Below, piece by piece: positions 1-11,800 of a stretch of 64,000 nucleotides of DNA. This stretch comes from Magallana gigas (lineage: Eukaryota). The stretch is from NCBI RefSeq assembly GCF_963853765.1, contig NC_088855.1, positions 57,412,001 to 57,476,000 on the forward strand. Reading direction: 5' to 3'. The notes beneath the pieces were generated by a model. That model made no database searches. It was given only the letters and a program-made list of their open reading frames with translations, and was not told the origin of the DNA. Positions within the stretch are counted from its first letter, which is position 1. Each line of letters begins with the position of its first letter. The position numbers were made by a program, and so were the translations under genes.

Positions 1-620
1 GGGAAATGTTTACATCTTTTCTCCATTCGGAAGTACCCTGGATACCTCGTGCAATTTTTCAACGTTATCATCCGGGCTTATTAATGGCTGATGCAATGCA
101 AAATCCCCGTAGACTTTCTATTTTTGGATGTGTATTGAAACCTGAAGCGGTAGAGGGGGCGTTTCAAGATAATATGGACATTTTTCATATTTGTGGATGA
201 TTGTGGTTTGAGCACAAAGGTATTTATGATTATCAAAATATCAAGCAAAAAGTGGTGGAAGCAAAACCTCGGGACAGAGTGATAGACCCACGATCAAAAG
301 TGAAACTCTTAATTTTCAGGAAGTATAAAACAAAGATTATTATGCAACAGACGTTATTAGTCTATCCTAGATATTCTTTCTCTTTACAGGTATTAAGTCA
401 ATGGCAAAATCTTTCTCTAACACTGTCGACTCTTTCTTCAAGAAAACAGTATCAATATTCAAAGGATCTCCACATCAAAACAATACAGAGGTCCGTATAT
501 CATTGCTGCTTTATCGATTATTGTTTGATTGATCTTTCTTTGATTATCAACACTACTAGTATCTACAATGCTTTACATGGCAGGTGTAAAGGATTCATTG
601 AATTTTGCATTAGTATATCT

Positions 621-890
621 TTTAATGAAGTACATCTTTTTGTGTATTATTTTAATGAAGTACATCTTTTTGTGTATTATTTTAATGAAGTACATCTTTT
701 TGTGTATTATTTTAATGAAGTACATCTTTTTGTGTATTATTTTAATGAAGTACATCTTTTTGTGTATTATTTTAATGAAGTACATCTTTTTGTGTATTAT
801 TTTAATGAAGTACATCTTTTTGTGTATTATTTTAATGAAGTACATCTTTTTGTGTATTATTTTAATGAAGTACATCTTTTTGTGTATTAT
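621..890. repeat. 30-bp tandem repeat, 9 identical copies (tttaatgaagtacatctttttgtgtattat)
   Basis: Unit repeats exactly every 30 nt; it accounts for the periodic ORFs 201..1115, 568..927 and 573..875. Confidence 0.97.
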
Positions 891-1151
891 TTGCAGAGTA
901 CAACTATCAGTCCTTCCAACGAAATAAAGAATACAACAATGGCCGTAAAGCCCGTGTCCCCCGAAAGTCGAACACTTCCCGGAAAGATCGAGGAGAAGCC
1001 GGATAAAGTGGCAGACGACAAGTCGGTGGGTTACTTTTCACGTCTCGTTGTATATAGAAAATACTGTCCATATTTTTACTTTTTAGGACAGTACGTTAGA
1101 ACATGGCCATTTTAACCCATTGTGAAACTGGATATGTCACTACAGTTGTCC

Positions 1152-1222
1152 ATCTCTGTAGCGCAATGGGTATAGATTTAGTCTACGAAACTGGAAGTCC
1201 CGTGTTCGGATACCGCAAGAAC
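1152..1222 (+). mobile_element. tRNA-derived (Arg-ACG-like) SINE-type head, degenerate
   Basis: A-box-like TAGCGCAATGG, loop CTACGAA and B-box-like GTTCGGATACC at tRNA spacing; acceptor stem not intact; starts where similarity to the 5300-5600 paralogous block breaks. Confidence 0.35.
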
Positions 1223-2454
1223 TTTTGGTTTTTTTAAACTATTTTAAAAGTTGATTTTCCCCCAGATCATTCATTTTGTTCTGTCATTTTCAATTCAAAT
1301 GTATGCTTAATTCCTATCTTTGAGGAATATAAAAAAATGGACTTTTATGCAAAACTTTTCCTGAGGGTACGGAGGACCCTTAACAATAAATTGTTTTAAA
1401 ATTTTAGATTAAAATTTCGTGATTAAAATATTTCATTAAAGATTTGATCTCTGCAAAACATTGCAACAAATTTACTAATTTGTTCATGTTTTTTTTATTA
1501 ACAGAGTGTGGATGATAGAAATTCGGTGGGTATACCTTTTCGAATATTACCATGAGTTTTTAAATTAGTTTAAATTCTCTAATTTACCTCGTCTTATTCT
1601 TAAATTGTGTTTTATTTTTTTAGACTACTGTTCCCTAGACCACAAGCCAAGGATCCACATCTTAGCGTTGACTGTTTATAATGGACCAACTTGGTGTTTA
1701 ATGCAGTATAAAATGCATTTTTGGGGGGCATTTTTCATTGCAAGCTATTTTCCTTTCAAAATTCTAAATATCAATTCTTTTAGGTGAAAATATTTTTGGA
1801 AAATTCATTTACTATAGTAATTATATTTCAAGTTGAAATTATAACAAAACTGAAACAATAAAAAAAAAAAGAAATCCGGGAAATGGATCTCTTTCTGTGT
1901 TTTGTAGGAAATATATAAAAATGAAATAATACAAATAAAAGAGAGGTAGAGGTGTATCTCGCGGTTAATATTTTTACAGAGAGCGAGAGACATATTGCGT
2001 TTTAAATCTCGATGAAAGATAATTGTGATATTCAAACTGAAAAGACAACTATATTAACTTTTCCGGACGTTAAAGCTATTCTAGTACACGCCATTTTTAA
2101 TGGCATACATGTACATAGCTTTAAATAGAGGAGCATCAGGACTGGTTAATTTGATGCAAGGTATATTCCATAATTTATGAGTAAATTTTTTAAAAAATGG
2201 TAAAAGAGTACCTGTGTACATGTACCCGTGTACATTTGCAAATCTTTCAATTACAACGTGTAAAAAACCAAATGATAAGATAGATAATTGAATTCTTACA
2301 CCCCGTACACACTGCTTAATTTTGAGTACACAGTACCTTAATGATCCTCCTAGCCCGGACAAAGTGTTGTTTGTCCTGTGTTGGGTCTTAGATCTAGCTA
2401 CCTTCCTCTACTTTTACTGCTGTTGTGCATTGTTATTCTGGTCGGAAGAATAGC

Positions 2455-2890
2455 CTGGGTCTCCAGGAAGCTGGCCTGACGGGAGTCAACACGTGTCCCC
2501 ACCCCACAACCAGTATCTGGATCCCCATAAATTTGGCCCGGCCATGCAGTCTCTCGTAGGACCTTCCGGAACTCGGCCCGGTCCAGTGTCTCTCCCAGAA
2601 ACACGACCGTCACCTTCTTACGCTGCTCCTGTTGGTCAAAGCTGAGGCGCAGCTTCCGCATCATCCACGGGGAACTGGGAGAGGTTCCGACCAACGACTG
2701 CTCCAGTTTTTCCCGATCGTGGCCGGAACCGAACGTCACGTCAGCGAGATTCTTGGCGGCACAGTCGTTAGTCACCGTACCAACCTCCGACTGGCTATGT
2801 TGCATGTCCAGGCGATCCGACACATCGGCGATGAATCGCATGATGAACTTGGAGTTGTCGAGACCAATCGCACAGGTGTCGAACACTATC
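2455..2890 (-). pseudogene. Truncated copy of the terminal vWA exon (8878-9428)
   Basis: ORF 2398..2886 is near-identical to ORF 8878..9447 over ~140 aa but has a 4-nt insertion, a 1-nt deletion, no splice acceptor and no native C-terminus. Confidence 0.85.
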
Positions 2891-3867
2891 TCTAAGGTAT
2901 CCCACTCCTCAATGTTCTAGTATTAAAAATTTCTTGAGAAGTATATCATTGAAATCTGAAGACAAAACATACTTTAAAAAAATACAAAGATAATGAGGGT
3001 CAGTGTTCATCCCTCTGAGTTATGGCAAATTTAATTTGACCTTTTTGCACCTAAAAAGCAATTTCAGCCTAATTAGGATTTGCTGTCGGTATTTTTGATT
3101 ATTAAGCAAATTTATTTCTTCAAACATTGCTTTTAATAATGCACAATGTTCACACTGAATAGAGGGATTAGGGAAAATTTTTGTACTGGCGAAGCAGCTG
3201 CATAAATTTTTTGTGACCTTTTTGCACTTAAAATATGTCAATTTCTATAATAATTACAGTTTGATTTGAAATAAAAACAATTTAAATGTCAGGAATTTTA
3301 TAAAGTTAATCCAGCTTGCCTAGATATGTATTCAGTATAATTTTGACATATAAAATCATGGGGGTCAGTGATGTCAAATTTAAGATGTATGGCTTCAAAG
3401 TTAAAATGCTCGCAAATCTTGGCTTTATAAAATGCAGACATTTTCTATACATTTGCATGATTTGATGCTTAACATCTATCACTCTCTCAAGATTTGATTT
3501 TGTAAATGTCACAAAGAACCTAGTATAGAATATGTTACAAACCTATCAAATGTTAGAAATGTGAATAATGAATTAAGTATAACAAAAAGAAAAGTATATT
3601 GAAAATTCAAAATAATTGCTTGTTTCTGTCATTTTTGTCAAGAAACCTTCCCCACGAAAAAAAATAGTTTCCCCCAAAACTTGTTTACTTCTTGAATTCA
3701 AATTGATTTTCTTTATGAATGTTGTGTAATTATGAAATAATAATCTTTCTGTGATTATCTAATAAATAAAATCCCATTCATACCCATTCATGTATAGGTT
3801 AAATCAATACTGATCTTGAACACAATAGCATTTGCTTCATTTTTCGGAATAAATTTACACACGAAGG

Positions 3868-4803
3868 ATGGATATTGAATACATTGGACGTGTTTACAAT
3901 AATGGTGACATCCACAACATCTGTGAGATACCAGCTTCCGTTCAACTGGACACTGTGTACATAGCCATGGGCTTGTTTTTTCTCTTAGTGATGATGCTAC
4001 AAAATGGGACAGCCATCTTGGTTTTCAACATCACTCCAGATGACAGAAACGTCTGGCGAACGATTCACTCCGCTCTGATGTCGTCTGCTGTTTTGTACGG
4101 TTTGGTGCAGTCTCCCGTTTGGATCCATTACCTGAATTCCGACAGAGATCCCGACCCAATCTTGGTTTACACCTGTCTTATTTTTTTGCCTGGAATTTTT
4201 AATACAATTTTCCTGTGGTTGTCTGTTTTACTGGCGGGTCATAGGACCCTTATCATGCTACAGCCTACAAACACACCCTTCTGGGGTAAACAGCTCAGAT
4301 TTCTCAGATACATTGTAGTTATATCGATATTTTGCTTGATTTTAAACATTCCCCGTATGATATCAATTATGGACGATGACTGTGTGTTCTCTAACGAATA
4401 CGACATAATTCAGCAATGGATACTCCTTGTGAATAGGTTTATATGTTGCCTCATTCTCGGTATAATGATTACATTTTTAACCATGAAGCTATGGAAGCAC
4501 CATAAGAGGCGGCGGATTCTGGGTGCTCGAAATACCAAGTATACCGTGCTGGAATCGAACACGATTGTCGTATCGAGCATCACCCTCTCTATAGAGGCGA
4601 CCGACACCCTCCTCAGGGTCCTACAAATGGCCACGTCAGCCTGCGAGAGTGAACTGTCCGTCTATCTGTCCGTGGTACGCATTCTCAGACTAGCGATCTA
4701 CGGACAACATTTTTATATGCATATATTTACGAACTTCAAATTACGACTAACTTTGAAATCATATATAGATAGATTACGGGCTCACGTGTATAGATTTCAT
4801 TGA
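3868..4803 (+). CDS. Intronless, divergent rhodopsin-family-like 7TM receptor, 311 aa
   Basis: Seven hydrophobic segments, TM1 Asn (LQNG), GHR at the DRY position, TM4 LNIP, Cys at the top of TM3 and in ECL2, basic ICL3, HFYMH at the NPxxY position followed by an F..R..L helix-8-like stretch. Confidence 0.8.
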   Translation: MDIEYIGRVYNNGDIHNICEIPASVQLDTVYIAMGLFFLLVMMLQNGTAILVFNITPDDRNVWRTIHSALMSSAVLYGLVQSPVWIHYLNSDRDPDPILVYTCLIFLPGIFNTIFLWLSVLLAGHRTLIMLQPTNTPFWGKQLRFLRYIVVISIFCLILNIPRMISIMDDDCVFSNEYDIIQQWILLVNRFICCLILGIMITFLTMKLWKHHKRRRILGARNTKYTVLESNTIVVSSITLSIEATDTLLRVLQMATSACESELSVYLSVVRILRLAIYGQHFYMHIFTNFKLRLTLKSYIDRLRAHVYRFH

Positions 4804-7101
4804 GTGAATATTGAAGGCGTCCAATTAATAGAGTTATGAGATAACTTATAACTTTGTTTTCATAATACGATACTACGTTAAGGGACAACGTATGTGTTCA
4901 GAGTCGAACTTTCAAGTGACTTGTAGCATTGGAATAGACAACAATTGAATATCGTCAATTTTCAAATCATGTGATCGTGCAATATGGTTTAAAAAAAAAT
5001 TTAAATACAGCTTTTTCTATCTTTCTTTTAATTAAATTTATTTGAGCAATGTAAACCCTACTATTTGAAAGAGGAGATATTTTTACACTGAATATATGGC
5101 GGTGTTTTCGGATAAAAATGGTGCCCCAAGAGAATTGCTACATTCAATATCCTTTACAAAAATCTCCCGAGAAATTACTATACTATACTCAGTGATATTT
5201 ACATATTCCAATGTCTTTGTGATAACACTATGAATCATTTTTGTACTATACATTCCAATGAATTCAAATGACTTTTTGTGTACATGTACAATATATAGAG
5301 CACAACTAGTAGTCCTACCAACGAAGTAAAGAATACAACGATGACCATTAAGGCATAACCCCCATCCCCCCCCCCCCCCCCCCCCGGGTAGACCGAACAC
5401 TTCTAGGAACGATCTAGCCGGATAAAGAGGCAGACGATATGTCGGTGGGTCACTTCTCGTCTCGTTGTATATAAAAAAATACTGTCCATATTGAAGGGTC
5501 CTCTACACTCCGTGACTTCTTTTACTTTTTAGGACAGTACGTTACAACATGCTGATTTCAACCTATTTTGAAACTGGATATGTCACTATTGTTGTCTATC
5601 TCTGGCACCCCCTGCGAATGTGTTCGGAATGTTTTCTTTATCGTAGCAAATTATGCAATAAATCCAGAGGCGCTCGAATGAATGTTCACAGACTTCATTG
5701 TGAGCGGAAGTATAAGTGTTCGAATAATATTCTCAAAATACGTAAGTACTGGTCGTTTTTTCATATCATATCCTACTTTGATTTATGTTAAAACACGAAA
5801 ATCTATGAAGATATATGTCTTATTTCGTCATCTAGCAGTTATTGATATTCAGAACAGAGTTATCGTTCGTGTTCAACCACTCTACACGTGGTTGAAAATA
5901 TAAACATTCGGTTACTTAATAAAATCATAGCCATGTTTGATGCTTGTGGTGTGCAATACCATGTTATTAAAAAAAAGAATGGGTGTTCGTTTTGTATAAA
6001 AACTTAATATATCGAGCCATTTTCAAGGAACATTCTGCATAAAATAGTATAGTATGTTTCACTATTGATGCTATTACTAGGTCAGGTGCGGATCGAAAAT
6101 TAATCCTTAGATTGCTATTAAACATGTAAGTCATTGCAACAGCAGAAAAAAACTTATTTTTTCTATCGTCACATTTATTTCTAGAACTAACACTTTTCCA
6201 CCAATTAATGAAGATAAAGTTTAAAATCAATAAACGTCTAGATTCCATATTTGATTACAAGTACCTAGATTCTATAAAATAGACTATAAACTCGAGGCAC
6301 GATTTTTACTGCGAAATTGAAAGGGTCAAATAAAACCACGTGGTCTAAATTGAAATGACAATAACATTCACAGGGGTGTCTGGTGAGCAAAAAAAAAACT
6401 TATTTGATATAAATCCTTTTTGGTGTCCATATACATTTTTGGACAATTCATTTAATCACATTTCAGTTTGAAACTACATTTATTTCAAAACTGAAGACAA
6501 GAAATCTTACACATGTATTTCTTTCGGTATTTTGTTGAATTTTAAATGACAGAGAACGGATACAAATAAAAGATAGGTATAAAAATATATGTCCTGGTTA
6601 ATATTTTTAAAGCGAGAGACACGTTGCGCTTAGAGCGTTATTAAAGACATTCTTGATTTTCAATTAACAATTACTAGTATTTGATGCGAGGTATATGTTA
6701 CATTAAAAGTATTATAATCGAAGATTTCTAAACTTATCTATAAAGTTTAAAATTTACAAGCTGCTATGCGAACTTAAGTTTATTTTTTTTCTCTCAAATT
6801 AATTATGCAATATAGTTTGGAACAAAAACAAATAACCAAACAAACAAACAAACGGAGATGCTTTTATGTGACAAAAAATGTTAATCCCCTAGTCTTTGAT
6901 ATCTTCTTAACTTAATTTCCAAGCAAATTAAACAATTTCCCGACAACAGAAGTGCAAAATTATCGTAACAGCTATATGTATGAATGTTTATTTTTCTGGC
7001 ATGTCACTACCATCTCTTTGCTATCGAAAAGGAGCAATGCAATGCCTTTCAAAAAAAAAATAATGAAAAGAGAATGGTTTAAGATCTATAGGAGTGCGGT
7101 T

Positions 7102-7570
7102 GGGCTAACTGTGCTGGAACCCTGCACGTTAGCATAGAGTGTGTTATGTTGTGCTAACTGTGCTGGAACTCCGCACGTAAGCATAGAGTGTGTTATGTTG
7201 GGCTAACTGTGCTGGAACCCCGCACGTTAGCATAGAGTGTGTTATGTTGGGCTAACTGTGCTGGAACCCCGCACGTTAGCATAGAGTGTGTTATGTTGGG
7301 CTAACTGTGCTGGAACCCCGCACGTTAGCATAGAGTGTGTTATGTTGGGCTAACTGTGCTGGAACCCCGCACGTTAGCATAGAGTGTGTTATGTTGGGCT
7401 AACTGTGCTGGAACCCCGCACGTTAGCATAGAGTGCGTTATGTTGGGCTAACTGTGCTGGAACCCCGCACGTTAGCATAGAGTGTGTTATGTTGGGCTAA
7501 CTGTGCTAGAACCCCGCACGTTAGCATAGAGTGTGTTATGTTGGGCTAACTGTGCTGGAACCCCACACGT
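7102..7570. repeat. 49-bp tandem repeat, ~9.5 copies, each with an internal inverted repeat
   Basis: Unit gggctaactgtgctggaaccccgcacgttagcatagagtgtgttatgtt; no spacers between units. Confidence 0.96.
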
Positions 7571-8020
7571 AAATTTCGATTTTGTACAGAATTATATCGG
7601 ATTGTCCGAGCTGGAATCATCTGCACGTTATTAAGTTGTAATCTCGGAACTCCGAGAATCGGTTTCATTAGAATACCATGTACCGTTATATTGTCCAACT
7701 TAAATACAACTTGTTGAAGTTTTGTTTTGTTTTGTTTTATTTGGTGAAATATATTCCATAATTCAAGGGGAAAATGTATTAAAATCCGTGTGTGCATTTG
7801 CGAAATAATTAATCAAAATTATAACCAAAATGCCAAGTAATAAAATAGGTAACTGAATTCTTCCACCCTATACACTGATTAATTTTAAGTACACAGTACC
7901 CTAATGATCTTCATAGCCAGGACTGGATGTGGTTTGTCCTGTGTGGGACCTGATCAATCAGAACACATCTGTCACAACGCGGTCTTTGTTGGAATATTGA
8001 CACTTCACATCTCATCTAAA

Positions 8021-8762
8021 ATGGTGGTCTCCAGGGCGAGTCCTAGGGCTACCTTCCTCCCTCTGTCTTTAGTTCTTGTGACCCTAGTGGGGAGGATAGC
8101 TGCCACCGACAGCGACAAAAACAGAACGGTGTCCAGTATATTCCCAGGTATGTTTGTTTCCGCGCTACAATGGCTTTATGCAGTAACATTTTCCTATAAC
8201 GTAAATTTAATTTTATTTCTTTATACAGATTTAGGAGCACTAGCAACGTTATTTTCGAAGACAGTTGATGAGTTCCTTAACAACACGCTGTCGATGTTTA
8301 AGGACTTGCCTCCCAACTACAAGAACACGTCAACAGAGGTGGGTGACGGGGGCAGTCTGTGTATTGTTATCGGGATCGGGATATATGAACCTCAAAATAA
8401 TACACGTTTGTGGAATTTTATTTCAAAAGAATATTAATGGAAACATTGCAGTAACAATGCATCTATTCAACACTAGCTTTTCGGGCAAACCATGTATATA
8501 AACATGCATAATATTGCGTAGATTTTTCTTAGATTCTAAACAAAAACGGCACCAACTATTTGAAGAATACCACTATCATAAAAGAGTCCACAAACGGATC
8601 TTTTACCGGAATGTTCATGCAAAAATCACAAAAGATGGAAAATGGGGTGAGTGGTACTCCAGTTATATGTCAAATATAATAGTTGTGACGAGTTGAAATA
8701 ATGTACATGTCCACAATATATCCATAATTAATATTTTTTGTTTTCAGACGTCTATCACGTAG
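8021..8762 (+). CDS. Putative small secreted glycoprotein, 83 aa, 3 coding exons
   Basis: Exons 8021-8147, 8229-8338, 8748-8762 with GT-AG introns and matching phases (1, 0); hydrophobic signal-like N-terminus; sequons NRT, NNT, NTS. Confidence 0.6.
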
Positions 8763-8877
8763 GCACTTCAAGCAAGAAAACGATCGTAATTGCTAAAAGA
8801 GGCTAAAATGTAATCATAATGTAACGCGCAAAATGACAGCAATAAACATCTTTGAATATACTAAAGTATTCCAATGT

Positions 8878-11800
8878 TTAATTTAGTGTACATATCTGTA
8901 ACAACAAAGGTCCTTCTAACTCATCTAAGATATCATACGACATAGCAAAGAACACTTGATTGGCCTGGGTCGCCAGAAAGCTGGCCTGGCGGGAGTTGAC
9001 CCGTGTCCCCACCCCCACCACCAGTATCTGGATTCCCATAAACTTCGCGCGGCCGGTCTCCCGCAGGACCTTCCGGAACTCGGCCCCGTCCAGTGTCTCC
9101 CCCAGAAACACGACCGCCACCTTCTTACGCTGCTCCTGTTGGTCAAAGCTGAGGCGCAGCTTCCGCATCATCCAAGAGAAACTGGGAGAGGTTCCGACCA
9201 ATGACTGCTCCAGGTTTTCCCGATCATGGCCGGAACCGAACGACACGTCAGCCAGACTCTTGGTGGCACAGTCGTTAGTCACCGTACCGACCTCCGACTG
9301 GCTCTGCTGCAGGTCCAGGCGATCCGACACATCGGCGATAAATCGCATGATGAACTTGGAGTTGTCGAGACCAATCGCAGAAGTGTCGAACACTATCTTT
9401 AAGTCCACTGGTATCTTTGGGCCGCAGTCTATAACAGATAACCCCAATCTTGTATAACATGTAATGGTTTAGAGGTGTTAAGCACGCTGATTAGAAGGAT
9501 TTTTATTTGTACTTACGAGCGTTCCCATACAACACCGCGTCCTCGTTGACGGTGGGAGGGGTGGGTGGGGCGGGTGTAGCTGGGGGAACTGAAATATCAG
9601 CCTCAGTTAATTAGCATAAAGATTATCCCCGATACTTAACAAGGTGATCATACAGAGTTGTAAAAAGGAATCTACCTTTGCATGTTCTGACAGCCAGTCG
9701 ATCTTTGATGGACTGAAGTGCGTCAAAGTTGTCTATCTTGAACATAAAATTGTCTGTTGGAGTACTTGCTATAGCCGCAAGTTCTTTTTCGTCTACCTGC
9801 TCAGTAAGTTCATTATCATCAGTATCGTCTTTGCAGCACATATTCTATTTATTCTGTTTATCAATAACAGTCACTATACAATCTCTTTGTCAAACAGCCG
9901 ATCCCAATTGCAAATACATGTAATCAACGCGTATCTGATTATCCTAATTCAAATCCAAAATCCCATATATGAACATCACTGGTTGTCCCATTAACAACAG
10001 TATTACAATGTGTACCTTTTATTTATCTCGATTAAAATCATCCTAATTCAAATTATGCTTGATTGTCTGTCAATCTTCATTACAAACCGTAATCCTTGCC
10101 TAATTAATTTAAATCATAGTTAACATAATCCCTTAACAGGCTACTGATCCCAATCATAAACACTGTATTGCCAATCCGAATCACATACACTGTAATTTAT
10201 TTACCTAATTGCTGATCCAAATCACAAACATTGTAAATTTTTTACTTTATTGCCTATCTCAATTATAAAAATTGTAATTCCTATTCAATTAAGAAATGAA
10301 GATAATAATTTTTCTATTGATCGACGTATCAAAGAAAAAATTGACCGGAAAACTTCATCAATGCGCGTAGCGCATTGATGAAAAAGTTTTCCGGTCAATT
10401 TTTTCTTTGATACGTCGATCAATAGAAAAATTATTATCTTTATTTCTTATCATTTAATAAAACATTTTCAAATAAAAAAATGTGAAGTGTCATTGATCAA
10501 AAATGAAAATAATGTAAATGAAGCGGCGCGTATGAATACAAAACAACAACAGCAACAATATTCAAAATGGATGCGCCTTCAGTTGATGCAGAGCTTATTG
10601 AGCTGAATTTAATGGATTAAACACAAATAGTGAGTTAAAATCTGAACCGGCTGAATTGAAAACGAAAGGAAAATACATGCGATAGCTTGTGATATTATTC
10701 ACTGTGCAGAAAAACTCGTAATAAAACTAGTTTTCATGTGAGATCGCTGGAATATGCAACTGGACATAACCATCCAAGGAAAGGCGATCGTGGACGAAAA
10801 TAGCTGATATGTCGACAAAAAATAGTATGTATAAGCGACTTTTGTAAACGTTGTGGTAACTAGATAGCCAGTGATGTACTTAAATTGTATATCTGCCGCT
10901 TGGAATGCGCCGAAGGAGTTGATGCATTACTCATAGCTTTTCTTTACGACGCTTATATTCTGATGACCGATCATTCACGTGTGTAAATTTAAAAATCATC
11001 GTGAAAGTTTATAGGCCTATATGTTCGTTATAATATTCCTGGAAAAGGAACAGCCAGCCTCGCTGTAAATGTTGATTGATCTCAAGCAGACGAAATCGTG
11101 AGAAGACGCTTAATTTTCTATTTCGTGAATCAAACAATGTGTTTTGTTTATTTTTGAAGGTTAAACTTTCAAGTTTTTATATTCACAAGGTTGCATTTTG
11201 TTTGCTGACAATAAAACAGACACAACTTTACATTTTGTTGACAGTGTTTATCTTTGAAATTCCCGTTCTATAAATAGTGTTAGATCAGAACAGTTGAGAA
11301 AAGTAGATCCGGCAAAAATTTTATTGATGCAGGTATCAAAGAAATTTTTCAACCAATCAGAAGCGTCGATATCTCATCAAACGAATAAATATTAAATGAT
11401 ATTACAAACATCGTGTTTTCTTGGCAGCCGATCCAAATCATAAACACTGTTATCCTTTAACCTGATTGCCAATCACTAACACTGACTGTCATTTTGATCT
11501 TTACCTGATTATCGATCTCAATAACACAATGTGATTCCATTACCCGACCAATCCAAATCACAACCATTTATTTAATTGTTAATCCCAATCACTAACAATA
11601 ATATACCTGAATGTTAATCCCAATCACTGACATTTACCTGATGGTTAATCCCAATCACTAACATTTACTTGATTGTTAATCCCAATCAATAACAATAATA
11701 TACCTGGTTGTTAATTTAATCCCAATCTCTAACATTAACCTGATGGTTAATCCCAATCACTAACATTTACTTGATTGTTAATCCCAATCACTAACATTTA

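Larger units (their letters stand above)
560..2890. other. Diverged segmental duplicate of ~5230-9410 (same orientation)
   Basis: Colinear similar blocks: 895-1155 with 5300-5600, 1840-2040 with 6470-6670, 2250-2400 with 7800-7950, 2395-2455 with 8042-8100, 2455-2890 with 8962-9400. Boundaries approximate. Confidence 0.85.

Noticed and set aside
1-200. Open frame from the window edge (ORF 6..200) as the last exon of an upstream gene
   Set aside because: No recognisable motif and no visible splice context; cannot be supported without the upstream sequence
201-1115. 304-aa ORF and overlapping periodic ORFs
   Set aside because: Length comes from a stop-free 30-bp tandem repeat; flanking translation is not protein-like
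7102-7570. CRISPR-like array of palindromic repeats
   Set aside because: Units are contiguous with no unique spacers, no cas genes, eukaryotic context
7904-8437. 177-aa single-exon ORF
   Set aside because: Better explained as read-through of an 81-nt stop-free intron and flanks of the spliced 83-aa gene
8956-9460. Plus-strand ORFs overlapping the vWA exon (and 2632..2895)
   Set aside because: Antisense shadows of GC-rich coding sequence
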